Source: the human T2T-CHM13v2.0 reference genome, Homo sapiens | Direction: 5' to 3' (one strand) | DNA length: 64,000 nucleotides | Assembly: GCF_009914755.1 (NCBI RefSeq) | Contig: NC_060940.1 | Position numbers and translations under genes: made by a program | Shown here: piece after piece, positions 1 to 14,832 of the stretch | Layout: each line of letters opens with the position of its first letter | How positions within the stretch are numbered: the stretch's first letter is position 1 | The notes under the pieces: generated by a model | Seen by the model: only the letters and a program-made list of their open reading frames with translations | What the model was told of the DNA's origin: nothing | Databases searched by the model: none

Positions 1-284
1 TCCATCAACCACAGTCCAGCTCCATGAACATGACCTGCTTTCCTAGCATTTAAGGTTACCTATATCCCTTTTGAAATCCACAATGATTGATGGTTATCCA
101 GCTTTTACTTTCTTAATTTGGAAGTTCTTTTAATAGAAATATTACATATAACCAAGCAGTAAATGTTTTTATAATGTTGAGAAAGAGATATTAAATGTTA
201 CTTAACATTAACACCATTTGCTCTTGCCTTGCTATAATCTATGTTGATTATTTCTAGGTAGTGGGATGGCTCAAGCCTTTCTTC

Positions 285-352
285 AGGAGTGGGACTAGAG
301 TGAGGCAAGTGAGATACCTAGGGCACAACGTTTATGGAGGCTTTCACTCTCA
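285..352. mobile_element. Half of a palindromic MER96-like hAT MITE
   Basis: caggagtgggactagagtgaggcaagtgagatacctagggcacaa...cactctcag resembles one arm of the recalled MER96 consensus. Confidence 0.5.
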
Positions 353-636
353 GAATCATTTAATCACCAATTTTAACCTGGTAACAGTTGATCAAGCCAA
401 GGCCATCTTTTACAATGTGGTGAATACTTGTCATATAGCAAATAATTCAGTACCTCCACTAACCACCACACTTAATTTAGCACAATTATATCAATCTGTT
501 TTGACTGTCTCACAAACTCAGATCTTCCTGCCATCTACCAGCTGGCCAGTACTTTCCTTTCTTCCTTTCTTTTTCCTCCTCTCTTCAATTCTTCCTTTAT
601 CTGTTGTCTTTAAAATATCAATTCAGACTCAGTTTT

Positions 637-2444
<1,808 letters not shown>

Positions 2445-3082
2445 TTAGAATTTTACATATGATATCAAAATTATTTTTAGATCTCCCATACCTCTGACAC
2501 TGGATAGGAGATTAGAGAGGCAGAAAAGATGAGCCAAGTTGAACATCTCAATGATGTTGCTTCTCTTATTGTGTGGTTATAGGACTGACTAATAAGAAAC
2601 TTGCCCTGGATATATCAGCTAATGAGTAAATATATATCTAGAAAACCTGGATATAAAGTTTAAATGCCAGTATGTTTAGGTGTCGAATGAATTTGATAGT
2701 AGCATTTGGGAAAATAACTTGTAGTCCAGGGAAGCCAAAGAAAGCCTTGTGATTTGAGGTGTATGCTTCAAAGCTAATCAGACTTCTAAGCTGAATAAAC
2801 ACATGATCTCATTTCTCATATAACTTTCTGCAACTTACTGGAAAATTCCAAGAGTCAGAGAGTTTATCTGTAAAATAGGAATATGACACCTGTCAGTCTC
2901 AGTTTGAGCAGAGTGGAAATATAAAGGATTTAATTTAGAAAATAAAATGCTCACAAAACCTTTAGAAGAGCTGAAGGAAAAGACTTCATGTTGAGCTTCC
3001 AGGAATGATGACTGCCTGATAAACACTACATATTAGCTACCACTGCAGTAATAAAGACAGTGGTAATTTGGAAATTGCTATC

Positions 3083-3326
3083 TGTATTAGTTTCCTACTG
3101 TTGCCTAGCAAATTACCACACCTGTAGTGAATTAAAAAGTAACATAATAATTATCTCATGACTTCCATGGGGTAGGAGTTCTGGGTAATCACAGCTGGGG
3201 CCTCTTCTCAAGGTCTCATATGTATGCAATCAGAGTGTCTCATCCAAGGCTCTGGGTCCTCTTCCAGGCTCAAGTGGTTGCTCGGGGTGGAGATTGTAGG
3301 ACCAATTTAGAATTTTGCTCACCATA
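3083..3326 (-). mobile_element. MLT1-type MaLR LTR, internally deleted
   Basis: Starts tgtattagtttcctactgttgc...aaattaccaca; ends ttagaattttgctcaccata. Confidence 0.7.
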
Positions 3327-3557
3327 CTGCCTGTCTGTTGGATTCAGTACTACACTGCTTTAGCCACAATCCCCTCAAGCAAAATACATCTCCTGTGCCC
3401 TGTATGCTCACACTCATGTTACTGAATGGATGATTTATTCCACCCTTGCTCACCCACTATGCTATTGGTAACAGAAACATTACACAGCTTTTAAATATAC
3501 CTGCCAGCAGAAACAGGAGATATGAAGCTTTTGCTTCCTCTTAAATATCATGCAGAT

Positions 3558-3878
<321 letters not shown>

Positions 3879-4209
3879 TCATGCAGATGTATTGTTTTGA
3901 AGGACTTTAGAAGATATCCGAAGTAGTAAGGGACTCTAGGAAATTGAGAATTTAACTTTCCATCTTTCTGTATACAGTAAGGATAGTATAAGGATGATGG
4001 AATAAAATTGATCCAGCCAGTTTACAATCTTAACCCAACTTTCACAGGGCTATTGGGAATAGTATATGAATAACCCAGGAATTAGTGTCCAGTGCCTTGG
4101 CCAGCAGTATGCAATGAGTAAATGTTGGGTCACTTCTCATTTCATAAGACTAGACTTAAGATGACACATCAAAGACAGGTAGAAATCATAATTCTACTTC
4201 TGTTAAGTA

Positions 4210-4400
4210 AACTTCATTGAATGCTTACTTTGTGGATGGTATTTTTCCTGTATTTAATATCCATTAGCTCATTTGATTCTCACAATAAATCTATAAATTA
4301 GGTACTATTCTTCATGAGACATGTAGAGCTTAAGCAATTTGCTCAAGTTCACATATTGGAGTCAAGATATGAGCTGAGGCAGTCTGGTGCCCGAATTCGT
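4210..4400 (-). mobile_element. MIR
   Basis: ctcatttgattctcacaata...ttaagcaatttgctcaagttcaca core. Confidence 0.7.
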
Positions 4401-5119
4401 GAACGAACTTCCTACCACCCATACAGACTTCCTTAGATTACAAGAGAATTGCTCTTCTAAAGTGTGAGATAATGAAGTCTAACAATAGTTCAATAATAGG
4501 CAATCGACCCAGGAATTTTGATTCATGTTTGTATCAGGGCCCACATGGTACAGTGCCAGGAATCTTTTATACCTATTTCCTGGGTGGCATTTTAGGTGGC
4601 AACTCTAATATAAAGACTTCTCAAATCAGAACATGTTGTTGTGAGTCCTTAGGCACCCAGGTGTGGTGCACTGTAGATATAGTTGAAGTAAAAGCACTTG
4701 CTCATCCATGTATTTCAATACCTGCTTGCCATCTATATATTTTTCTGGGCTGGTGTTTCTCCTTTGAGAGAAACTTCATTATTCATATCTCCAATTTTAC
4801 TAAACATCATTTAATACAGAAAATAGGTGGTAGAACATTGTGTCAGAGCAAGTTCTTTTCATTCACTTATTTGCATATATAGTCAATTCCTCATTCATTA
4901 GATAAGGAATACATGAGGACAAAATCAGTACCAAGAATTCAAAGATTACTAATAAGGTACGTTTCATAAAGACAGCCATGCACATAGTACAACAGAGCAG
5001 GGTGTGTCTATGTGTCTATTAGATTGTACAACATTTTACTGAGAAATTTACCCTGTCTATATGAAGCATTGACTAAACCCTTGTCAATTATCTAACTCCA
5101 GGAAATTAATTTAGATGTC

Positions 5120-5180
5120 ATTGTATTATTCCACTTCATAGATGAAGAAGCTGAGACCCAGAAAAGTCAAGGAAATTTTA
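5120..5180 (-). mobile_element. MIR core fragment
   Basis: ttattccacttcatagatgaagaagctgagacccagaaaagtcaag. Confidence 0.55.
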
Positions 5181-5517
5181 ACTTTTACTTTTTTCTCTTT
5201 GGACCAGGCTCACAGTAATAAAGTGGGGGTTGAAATTTTGGAATGCTAAACTCTGTGGTCCTGAGTATATGACTCACTCTGTTAAATATGAATGTCAGTC
5301 TTCTAAGCATTGGTCTTAATACTGCATGTTCTTTGCAAAATATAAAGTGTTGTACAAATGTATGACTGAATTGTGGGTATTGCATGTTCCTGCTTGTCTG
5401 CCTTACTTTAAAGAAATCTTGGTTTCAGGGCAAAATTGAATGGATTAGATATTATTAAAGGGTGCATTGTTGTTTAGGACTAGCCAGTGTTTTTCTTCTT
5501 TTTTTGCTTATAGCACC

Positions 5518-7926
5518 TGGATTAGTCTGTTCTCACATTGCTACAAATCACTACCTGAGACTGGGTAATTAATAAAGAAAAGAGATTTAATTGGCTTATG
5601 GTTCTACAGGCTGCACAGGAATCATGGCTGGGGAGGCCTCAGGAAGCTTACAATCATGGCGGAAGGTGAAGGGGAAGCAAGCACATCTTCACATGGCCAG
5701 GAGGAGAGAGTGTGAAGTGGGAAGTGCTACACACTTTTAAACAACCAGATTTCATGAGAACTCACTCACTATCACAAGAACAGCAAGGAGAAAATCTGGC
5801 CAATGATCAAATCATCTTCCACAGGTCCCTCCCTCAACATTGGGGATTACAATTCAACATGAGATTTGGGCGGGGACACAGAGCCAAACCATAAATGATA
5901 TGAGTGCTCCCATGGCCCCTTCCAAATCTCATGACCTTCTCATATTTTAAAACAAATTATGCTTTCCCAAAAGTCCCCCAAAGGCTTAACTCGTTCAAAC
6001 ATTAACTCAAAATTCCACGTCCAAAGTCTCATCTGAGACAAGGCAAGTCCTTTCTGCCTATGAACCTGTAAAATAAAAAACAAGTTAGTTACTTCCAAGA
6101 TATGATGGGGGTACAGGCATTGGGTAAATGCACTCATTCCAAAATGGAGAAATTGGCCTAAACAAGGGGCTAGTGGCTCCATGCAAGTCTGAAACCCAGC
6201 AGGGCAATCATTAAATTTTAAGGCTCCAAAATAATCTCCTTTGACTCCATGTCTCACATCCAGGCCACAATGATGTAAAGGGTGGGCTCCTAAGGTCTTG
6301 GGCAGCTCTGGCCCTGTCACTCTGTAGGGTACAGCCCTCATGGCTACTTTCACGGGCTGGCATTGGGTGCCTATGGCTTATTCAGCTGCACAGTGCAAGC
6401 TGCCTGTGGATCTACCATACTGGGTATGGAAGATGGTGGCCCTCTTTTAACAGCTCCACTAGGCAGTGCTCCAGTGGGGACTCTGTGTGGGGTCTCTGAC
6501 CCCACATTTCCCCTCTGCAACTGCCCTGGTAGGTAGAGATTCTCCATTAGAGCTCTGCCCCTGTAGCAGACTTCTGCCTGGACATCCAGGCATTTCCATA
6601 CATCCTCTGAAATCTAAGCTGAGGCTCCCAAGCCTCAGCTCTTGCCATCTGTGTAGTCACAGGCCCAACATCACATGGAAGCTGCCAAGGCTTGGGGCTT
6701 ACACCCTCTGAAACAATGGCCCAAGCTGTAACTTGGCCCCTTTTAGCCATGGAGCTGGTGTGGCTGGGACACAGGGCACCATGTCCCAAGGCTTCACAGA
6801 GCAGTGGGGCCTTGGGCCTGGCCCAGGAAACCATTTTTGCCTCCTGGGCCTCCAGGCCTGTGATGGAAGGGGCTGCCACGATGGTCTCTGAAGTGCCCTG
6901 GAGGCATTTTCCCCATTGTCTTGGCTATTAACATTCAGATCCTCTTATGCAAATTTCTGCAGCCTCGAATTCCTCCTCAGAAAATGGGTTTTTCTTTTAT
7001 ACCATATGGCCAGGCTGCAAATTTTCCAAATATTTATGCTCTGTTTTCCTTTTAAATATAAGTTCCAATTTCAGATCATCTCTTTGTGAACACATATGAG
7101 TTCACAAATATGAGTATACACATATGAGTATACACAAAGCAGCCAGACCACATCTTCAATGTTTTGCCCCATAGAAATTTCTTCTGCCAGATACCCTAAA
7201 TCATCTCTCTCAAGCTCAAAAGTTCCACAGATCTCTACAGCAGGGGCAAAATGCTGCCAGTTGGTTTGATAAAGCATAGAATGATTGACTTTTACTTCAG
7301 TTCCCAAAAAGTTCCTCATCTCCATCTGAGACCACCTCAGCCTGGACTTCACTGTCCATATCACTACTGGCATTTAGTCACCACTATTCAACAAGTCTCT
7401 AGGAAGTTCCAAATTTTCCTTCATCTTTCTGCCTTCTTCTGAGCCCTCCAAACTGGTCCAACCTCTGCCTGTTACCCAGTTCCAAGGTTGCTTCCACATT
7501 TTCAGTTATCTTTACAGCAATGCCCCACTTCTCTGGTACCAATTTTCTGTATTAGTTCATTCTCACACTACTGTAAAGAACTACGTGAGACTGGGTAATT
7601 TATGAAAAATATTAATTGACTTACAGTATTACAGGCTGTATAGGAAGCATGGTTGGGGAGGCCTCAGGAAATTTAAAATCATGGTGGAAGGTAAAGATGA
7701 AGCAAACACCTTTTTCACATGGTGGAGCAGGAGGAAGAGGGCAAAGGAGGAAGTGCTATACACTTTTAAACACTAGATCTCGTGAGAACTCACTCACTAT
7801 CACAAGAACAGCAAGGGGGAAATCCACCCCCATTATCCAGTTGCCTCCTACCAGGTCCCTCCCCCAACACTGGGGATTACAACTCAACATGAGATTTGGG
7901 AGAGGACATAGAGCAAAACCGTATCA
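5518..7926 (-). mobile_element. Full-length MaLR provirus (MSTA/THE1D-type LTR-int-LTR)
   Basis: LTRs at 5518-5893 and 7548-7926; MaLR internal sequence between them; on the minus strand the 5' LTR is followed by gaaaattggtaccagag; perfect 5-bp TSD GCACC at 5513-5517 and 7927-7931. Confidence 0.95.
7088..7135. repeat. Local ~14-bp triplication inside MaLR internal region
   Basis: acacatatgagtt / cacaaatatgagtat / acacatatgagtat / acaca. Confidence 0.8.
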
Positions 7927-8147
7927 GCACCCTAATTTTACTTTGGAAAATGACCACATCCTTATTTCATGTTCTTCTGGTGGGAATGACAATCCCTGGA
8001 TTAGAAGTGTTTGCTTCAAGGCTGGGGAGATGTCCTAAGGCTGACTAATAAGTGGCCTTGCCCTAGCCCCTCCTCACTCTCAACCCAGGGTTTTGGCCAG
8101 AGCTATTGAGAATGATTATTTTCTAAAGATAGACCTTGGAGTGCCCA

Positions 8148-8722
8148 TGCAAAGTGAAATGCAGGTTAGTTGCTTGCTGCTTGCAGTTAACAAGAGCAAG
8201 GTCTGGTATAAAGAAAGTGAATTACTCTAAAGCTAGTTTAGGAGAAGTAATACAGGCTTCCTGCTTTAAGGGTACTGCTTTGCTTTTGGATAAGAAAGAA
8301 GGCACTTTTTAAAATGCAGGGGAGGAAGAGAGCAAGGAGGGTGGTCTACATGCTAGCTCTGGTGCTTTATCTACTGGGCAGTTAAGCTGGTGACTGCTGG
8401 TGTCTTCCTGGGCAGGACTAGGCAGAAAACTCCCCAGGTGGGAGAGAGTCTTGTATCTCTTGAGGCAGTCTCCTGGTGAGAGGGAGTCTCATAGAAATGG
8501 TCTGTTATCTCTCAAGGCAACCTCCTGGTGGGTGAGAGTTTCTTTCTGGAACTTGTAAGCACATAGTTAGATGAACTTGCCCTGGAGTGACTGGTGAATG
8601 GGAGGTAAAAGGCTATATTTGCATTTCTAAGGGGCAAAGTAGGAAGTGGGGAATTGGGAGGCAAAGACAAGAGGAAAAAATTATTAAACTATCTCTTAGA
8701 AAAATGGTGGTACTAAGTTATA
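8148..8722 (-). mobile_element. ERV1 solo LTR (MER66/LTR24/LTR36-like group)
   Basis: Minus strand starts tataacttagtaccaccatttttctaagagatagtttaat, like the recalled TGTAACCGAGTACCCCCATTTTTCTAAG start; 4-bp TSD CCCA at 8144-8147 and 8723-8726. Confidence 0.8.
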
Positions 8723-10220
8723 CCCAGTTTTATAGGGCAAATTATTTCCTTTTTGTATGTAAGTTAGTTGATGTCCTTTTATCCCCCTAAAACTTTGCAC
8801 GTGGCCATCTCCTCCATGAATGGTAGATTCCTGAGAATATCAATGCTTTATTCATGGTAATTTTTCTAGCACAGAGTACAGTCCTCAGAACATGGGAGAC
8901 TCTCAGCAAATATCTACAAATTGACAGGAGTTTATTTTAATACTTGCTGATGTTGACTTCTTTAGGGCAGAGAGAAAGTCATCCTAAGTACTCAAGAGCT
9001 TAATGTGTGGGCACCCCTAACACATCCTCCTAACACCACGCCCCGGCACATCCAACCAAAACGGCGCCCAACACACATCCAGCTTCTACCTATATTAAAA
9101 GAGCTCCTCTCACCAATTGCTACTGAGCATGGAAATGTGTGTTTATGCTCTGAGAAAAGGCCCATTTTTTTTTTCTTTATGTAATTATGTTCAATAGTCA
9201 GGTATCAAAGGGAAGGGGGAGCTCCAACTCACATGGGTGCTAAGTAATGGCTGGTGTGTCCTTTGCATTTCTAATGCTCTCTTGTCTCAGAGGGAGGGAG
9301 GAGGAAAGGGAGGCATAAGTGAGCTGCTGAATATTTTAAGACTGATGAACAAATGACTTCATTATGGAAAAGATTGCTACTCCTCTTGTGGAATGTCATA
9401 ACTTTTGGTATAATTCAGCTTTTAAAGACTCTATAGGGAAGGCTGACTCTCAGAACGAAGTGCCATTAATATTTAACACATACATACACACCAAAAAATA
9501 CTAGCCCCTTAAGCTTTTATGAAGTCTTTATGGGAAAAAAAGAAGACAAAACTACAAGTAAAGTCACAGTTCCAAATAAAAAGCAACAGTCTTAACTACA
9601 GCAACTGTGGGGAGAATTAGGAAACCAATTCCAACTTTGAGTTCTTATGTCTGCAATAAATAACTATTTAAGTCCTTGGGAAATGACACAAATTCTTTTT
9701 ATTTTTGTTTTTTACTCTCTATTGATTTCATTTCTTTGGTTGAGAGTGCAGTTACAGAATTATAAACTAATGATGTAACAACTATAATTGTCACCAAATA
9801 TGACCTATCACTGACCTGTATATTTTATTATAAATCACTATTTCTTTTTAGAATTAGAGTGCTAGATATGTAGCATTATGGAGTAAGTCCCCCCTCTCCT
9901 CTCACCCCTCAACCAAACTGGAAATGTTGCCTAATTAGACCTGGAGCTCCAAAGCTGGGGCTGAGCTGGAATTTTCTTGCTCTCTGTTTAATATTAAGGC
10001 CCCCAGCATCCTTGCCCTCAGTCCTTGCTTGTGTCATTCGTGGGGACATTGGTAGGTAGCTCCATAGGTACAGAGAGCTATATTTAGACAGCTAGCATGT
10101 GTTTGGTTGGTACCTTCACACAATTTCCATAAATAAATAAATAGTAGTAAATAGTGTTTGCCCGAAAAGGCAGTTGAGCTGAAGCACTGAAGGTCAAAAT
10201 GCAAAGCACTCTGTGAGGAT

Positions 10221-10475
10221 TTTTTTTAAACAATTTCTATGTTTTTAAATTACCAGATAACATTGTATGTTTTTATCATGTACAACATGATGTTCTGAAG
10301 TACATATACATTGTGGGATGGTTTAATCTAGTAATTAACAAATGCATTACCTCATACCATTTTTGTAGTAAGGGCACATGATATCCACTCTATATTTTTC
10401 AAGAATACAACATAACACCATTAACTATAGTCACCTTGCTGTACAAGAGATCTCTTGAAATTTATTCTTTCTATG
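10221..10475 (-). mobile_element. L1MA-type 3' end
   Basis: T-tract followed by catgtacaacatgatgttctgaagt...ttaactatagtcaccttgctgtacaagagatctcttgaa; TSD GAGGATTT (10215-10222, 10476-10483). Confidence 0.85.
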
Positions 10476-10994
10476 GAGGATTTCTGTTCTGAGTCTCTCT
10501 ACCTGGTGGCAAAGGACAGAATCAAAATAGTGTGGAGGAAGAACTCTGAAAACGTTAAAGGCGATCATCGCTGCTAAAAGCCCCTTGGGGCCAAAGGCAG
10601 AGACAGATGGATGAGGAAGCAGCAGCAGATTACAGTGGCTGATTCACAGCAGCAGGTGTTGAACTTGGACTCAGCTTTGGTTTTTAGCCAGTTGCTTACC
10701 TTTCTGTGTTCTCTTATTAATTTTAAAAGCTGTGAAGTTGTTTTGAGTCTTGAGAGTTGTCAAATTCCATCTAATTTATTATAGTTTCTTGATTTCATCA
10801 GACACTATATAATGATATATTCATTCTTCAATGCTAAATAATAGTCACGTACATGTTGCATTCTGATCTTTTTGTAGACATATGATTCTTATTGTTCATT
10901 TGCTGAATTCTTCCTCATTCATCAAGATCAATTATTTTTGCTTATAGATAATAGTAATTATTAAAACAGCATAAAACAAAAATGATCAAATGAT

Positions 10995-11233
10995 CATTCA
11001 GTGACTGCTCAATACTCCTCAGGCACTTGGCTAAGCACTTTGATTTGGTCACATCACCTGATCTCCATAACAACCCTATGAAGTAGACTCTTGATTTTAT
11101 CATGTATAAAATGAGGCTACTCAGAAAAATCAAGAATTTAACCAAAGCTAACACAGTTATAGGGGCAGTGCCAGGATTAAAACACAGGTCCACCCATGTG
11201 ACTCAGAAGCTGAATCCTTAACTGTCATGCCAT
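10995..11233 (-). mobile_element. MIR (near full length)
   Basis: aggcacttggctaagcacttt...acaaccctatgaagtag...ccaggattaaaacacaggtc. Confidence 0.8.
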
Positions 11234-11439
11234 ATGTAAGGGCTGACAGTTCTCACCACAGTCCTCCTGCTGCCATATCAAATGCATGCCTCCATTACTA
11301 CATTTATCATATTGTGTCACAGTTATTGTTTTTAGTATTATTTTAATGTTTTGAGCTCATGCAGATCACTGAGAATGCAGGCACAGAACAGGGCCTGTTT
11401 TCTTAAAGAGGTCATGCCCAAGCTTGAGCTCCTGTCTTT

Positions 11440-12085
11440 CTGCAGCTACCTCCTACTTGTTCTTGCTGCTTCAATTCCTGCCCTGTTTCAGGGTATTTTC
11501 CACAACTCAGCCAAAGTAATCATTCCAAAATCCAAATCTGAACATGTCACTTGCCTGTTTCAAACCAACCCATGACCTCCATTGCTCTTAGGACCAAAAT
11601 GGAAATCATTAGTACAACTTACAATATGATCAGATGTGGTCCCTATGCATTCAGTGCCCTCCCTGAGACAACTCACCCTGTTCTCTGCTCCAGTCACACA
11701 AGCCTTCTTGCACATTTCAGATGGGTCACCTTCCTCAAAATACCTGGTCTGGAAGCACTAACTCCCCTTCAAGTACACGCCTCCCTCTGCATAGGATATA
11801 TCTGTTTCATGTACTTCATTCCCAGCCAACTTTCCTATCTGTCTTCAAAAGCACTTCCTCAGGGAAGTCTACCTTGACCTCCCTGAATAAGCAACATCTT
11901 CCTTTCATAATTACACACAATTCCATGTATCTCTCTTCTTTTGAGGCTCTTTTCTGGTTAATAATTTCCTATTTTGTAGTGTGATTATCTCATGTCCCTA
12001 TAGATTCTAAGCCCTAAGAAGGCAGGAACTGTGTCTCTTTTTTGCCCACAAGATCTAGTGAATTAAGAACTCAATAGATAGACGG
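11440..12085 (+). mobile_element. L2 3' region
   Basis: aaatctgaacatgtcacttgcctg...cacttcctcagggaagtctaccttgacc...aaggcaggaactgtgtct...ctcaata. Confidence 0.75.
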
Positions 12086-12780
12086 ACGTACAGGAACAGT
12101 GCATGGAGGTGCACACAGGAAATGTGCACTGCGGTTAATAAGGGAGGTTTATTTGTCTTTTCTTAGCTATTATATCTCAAATATACAAAGAATCTTAAAG
12201 TCACTGCATCTAATTCCCTTGGCTACTTGAGTTCAGATACCATTTTAGACCTTTGATTAATGTTGGTAACTTTGATCTCCAAAGAGGTTGGTAATACAGA
12301 GCCTAAGTGTAAGCAAACAGAACTTCAACACTTACCATCTTCCTGCCTCAGGTCTGCAGTGCTTCTTACCTCACTGTGCTGTCCACGTGTATACTTCTGT
12401 TCTAATTTTTTTTATGAGACTGTAATTGTGATAGATTTCATCATTAAAGCAACACTGTGAGAAGGGTAAGGAAGTTATTGTTATACAAATCATGTGACAG
12501 ACAAAGAAATGGAAGATCATTGACACTGAGCAATTATCAAGAGTGCACACCCAGTTCCAAAGCAGGATAGAGTTGAACCAAGGACACTAACTTTCCTGAA
12601 TGACGTTTTAGTTAAGGGTGTGTTAATAATTTTGATCTTGCCACTTGCTAACTCTACAATCTCGTGCCTCTACCTCACTGCTCTGTCCTTAAGTTTATAT
12701 TTATAAATGGTAATTATATTTAATAGTTACACATATATTAATATATGTTTGTGTGCATGTATACACACACACACATATTA

Positions 12781-13066
12781 GAGACAGGGTCTTGCTCTAT
12801 TGCTCAGAATGAAGTGCAGTGGTGCAATCATAGTTCACCATAACCTTGAACTCCTGGGCTCAAATGATCCTCCTGCCTCAGCCTCCTGAGTAGCTGGGAC
12901 TGAAGGTATGTGCTACCATGTCCGGCTAATTTTTTAAAATTACTGTTGGTAGAGACGAATATCGCTATGTTGCCCAGGTCAGATTTCACCTCCTGGACTA
13001 AAGTGATCCTTCTAGCTCAGCTTCCCAAAATTCTGGGATTACAGGTGTGAGTCACTGTGCTCAGCC
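12781..13066 (-). mobile_element. AluJ with tail decayed to (TA)/(CA) microsatellite
   Basis: gagacagggtcttgctct...aactcctgggctcaaatgatcctcc (J-type). Confidence 0.9.
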
Positions 13067-13249
13067 AATAGCTGGACATGTTAACTTAATCATATAACTA
13101 ATGAGCATTGTTATTATAACCATTAATATTGTTGGAGCTGTCCTTCCTGTGCCTGCTTTAGTGGTATCTCATTCAATATTTAAGAAATCTGAATATTCAA
13201 TTTATACTGTATCTCTTTCTAAAATCCATTGTGTTTCTGACAGCTGAGA

Positions 13250-13500
13250 GAACCTATTGGTTAAAGCTCTGCCTTTGTGGTCACACAGCAAATTTCCATT
13301 CCCTTAGCCCAGCTCTGTAAGTACTAGCTGTGTGACCCCACTCAAAAAACACAGCTCTTCCAAGCCTCAGTGTACCCTTATCTGTAAAATGGAAATAATA
13401 TTTCTCCTACAGATTTATTTTTAGAAATAAATTAGCATAACATATAAAACATATTTATCCCTTTTTGTGCTCTTTCTGAATGCTGGGCTAATTGTTGTAG
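13250..13500 (+). mobile_element. MIR
   Basis: tactagctgtgtgacc...aagcctcagtgtacccttatctgtaaaatgg. Confidence 0.7.
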
Positions 13501-13699
13501 ATAAAGTAATTAATAAGAGAAATAATGATTATTATTGTAAAAGGACGCTGTTCTTCAAATTGGGCCAAAAGTATATGAATTAATTTAGCAATATACTTCT
13601 CACATTTTAGAATAGAAGTATTTTTCGATTTAGCATTTGTGGTTGTATACTTATATATTCATTCAAAATAGACGTGATCTCCATTGTTTTGTGTACTTC

Positions 13700-13747
13700 T
13701 TTTTCCTTTCTTTTTTTTTTTTTTGAGATGGAGTCTCACTCTGTTGC
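13700..13747 (-). mobile_element. Alu 3'-terminal stub (23 bp plus polyA)
   Basis: T-tract followed by gagatggagtctcactctgttgc, then abruptly non-Alu sequence. Confidence 0.85.
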
Positions 13748-14541
13748 ACAAATAAGAGCCCCAATAACACAAAAAGCCGAATTTAAATAGCTAATAACAA
13801 TTTTCAATGTCACTGAATGTTTCAATTCTGAGGAAGACTTAATAGATTGGGTTTCTTTCAACAGGGCAAGGGAGGTGACTTGAGGCCTTGGTTAAATGGA
13901 CAGGAAAGAATAGTTCCTGATATCAGTGTAGTTGGAATCTCATTACTATTCAAGGCTCTTGCTGTCCCTTTGTTCTCTGTACTTTCTAAGGCTCCAGGCA
14001 TTTTTTGGGGGTTTCATTTTCATTTCATTAATTTTTTGATTTCTTTCCCCTCAGCCTGGAGACTTAAATAAAATTTTGCCTTGGTCATTCAAAAGCAAAG
14101 GGCAAGCTCCTCTCTTCAATAGAAGAGTAGGAATGTCCCTGTTTGTTTGCCTTTTAACCCTGTCTATTTCCAAAGAGGTTTTCAGGCAACATATAGCAAG
14201 CATGCAAGATATGATATCATAAGCCGTTTGCACAGATTAGAAGTCAAAATCAAGTACTAAAAAAGGCAAGAAAGGAAAACTATATAAGGAAAAGGAAGCC
14301 AAAAGAAGCTATAGCGTTTAGTGGATGTAAAACTGTGTTTTCTATTTTTCTTTGGATGATGGAGAGAATTGCTTTCACTTTCTTTGCTTTTTTCATTTTT
14401 GGTGTGTGTGTTAAGCCCTTGAGCATTATTTAAGTTAAAATTAAGAAACAGTTACAGGAATGTAGACATTTTGGGAGGAATAGTCTTCATTACATCTTGG
14501 TGTCCCTTCTGAAGACCTGCTAAAGAAATGTGCTTTAGAAT

Positions 14542-14832
14542 TCACACCTGTAATCCCAGCATTTTGGGAGGCTGAAGCAGGCGGATCACAAGGTCAGGAG
14601 TTCGAGACCAGCCTGGTCAACATGGTGAAACCCTGTCTCTATTAAAAATACAAAAATTAGCCAGGCATGGTGGCGGGTGCCTGTAGTCCCAGCTACTTGG
14701 GAGACTGAGGCAGGAGAATTGCTAGAACCCTGGGGGGACGGAGGTGGCAGTGAGCCCAGATCTGAGATTGTGCCACTGCACTCCAGCTTGGGCGACAGAG
14801 TGAGACTGTCTCAGAAAAAAAAAAAAAAAAAA
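14542..14832 (+). mobile_element. AluS (Sg-like), missing first ~16 nt
   Basis: ggatcacaaggtcaggagttcgagacc (2-bp deletion type); polyA; no TSD found. Confidence 0.9.

Noticed and set aside
10078-10087. Perfect MEF2 motif CTATATTTAG
   Set aside because: A single AT-rich 10-mer is expected by chance in this window.
13745-13757. 13-bp match tgcacaaataaga with ~15167
   Set aside because: Too short to distinguish from chance.
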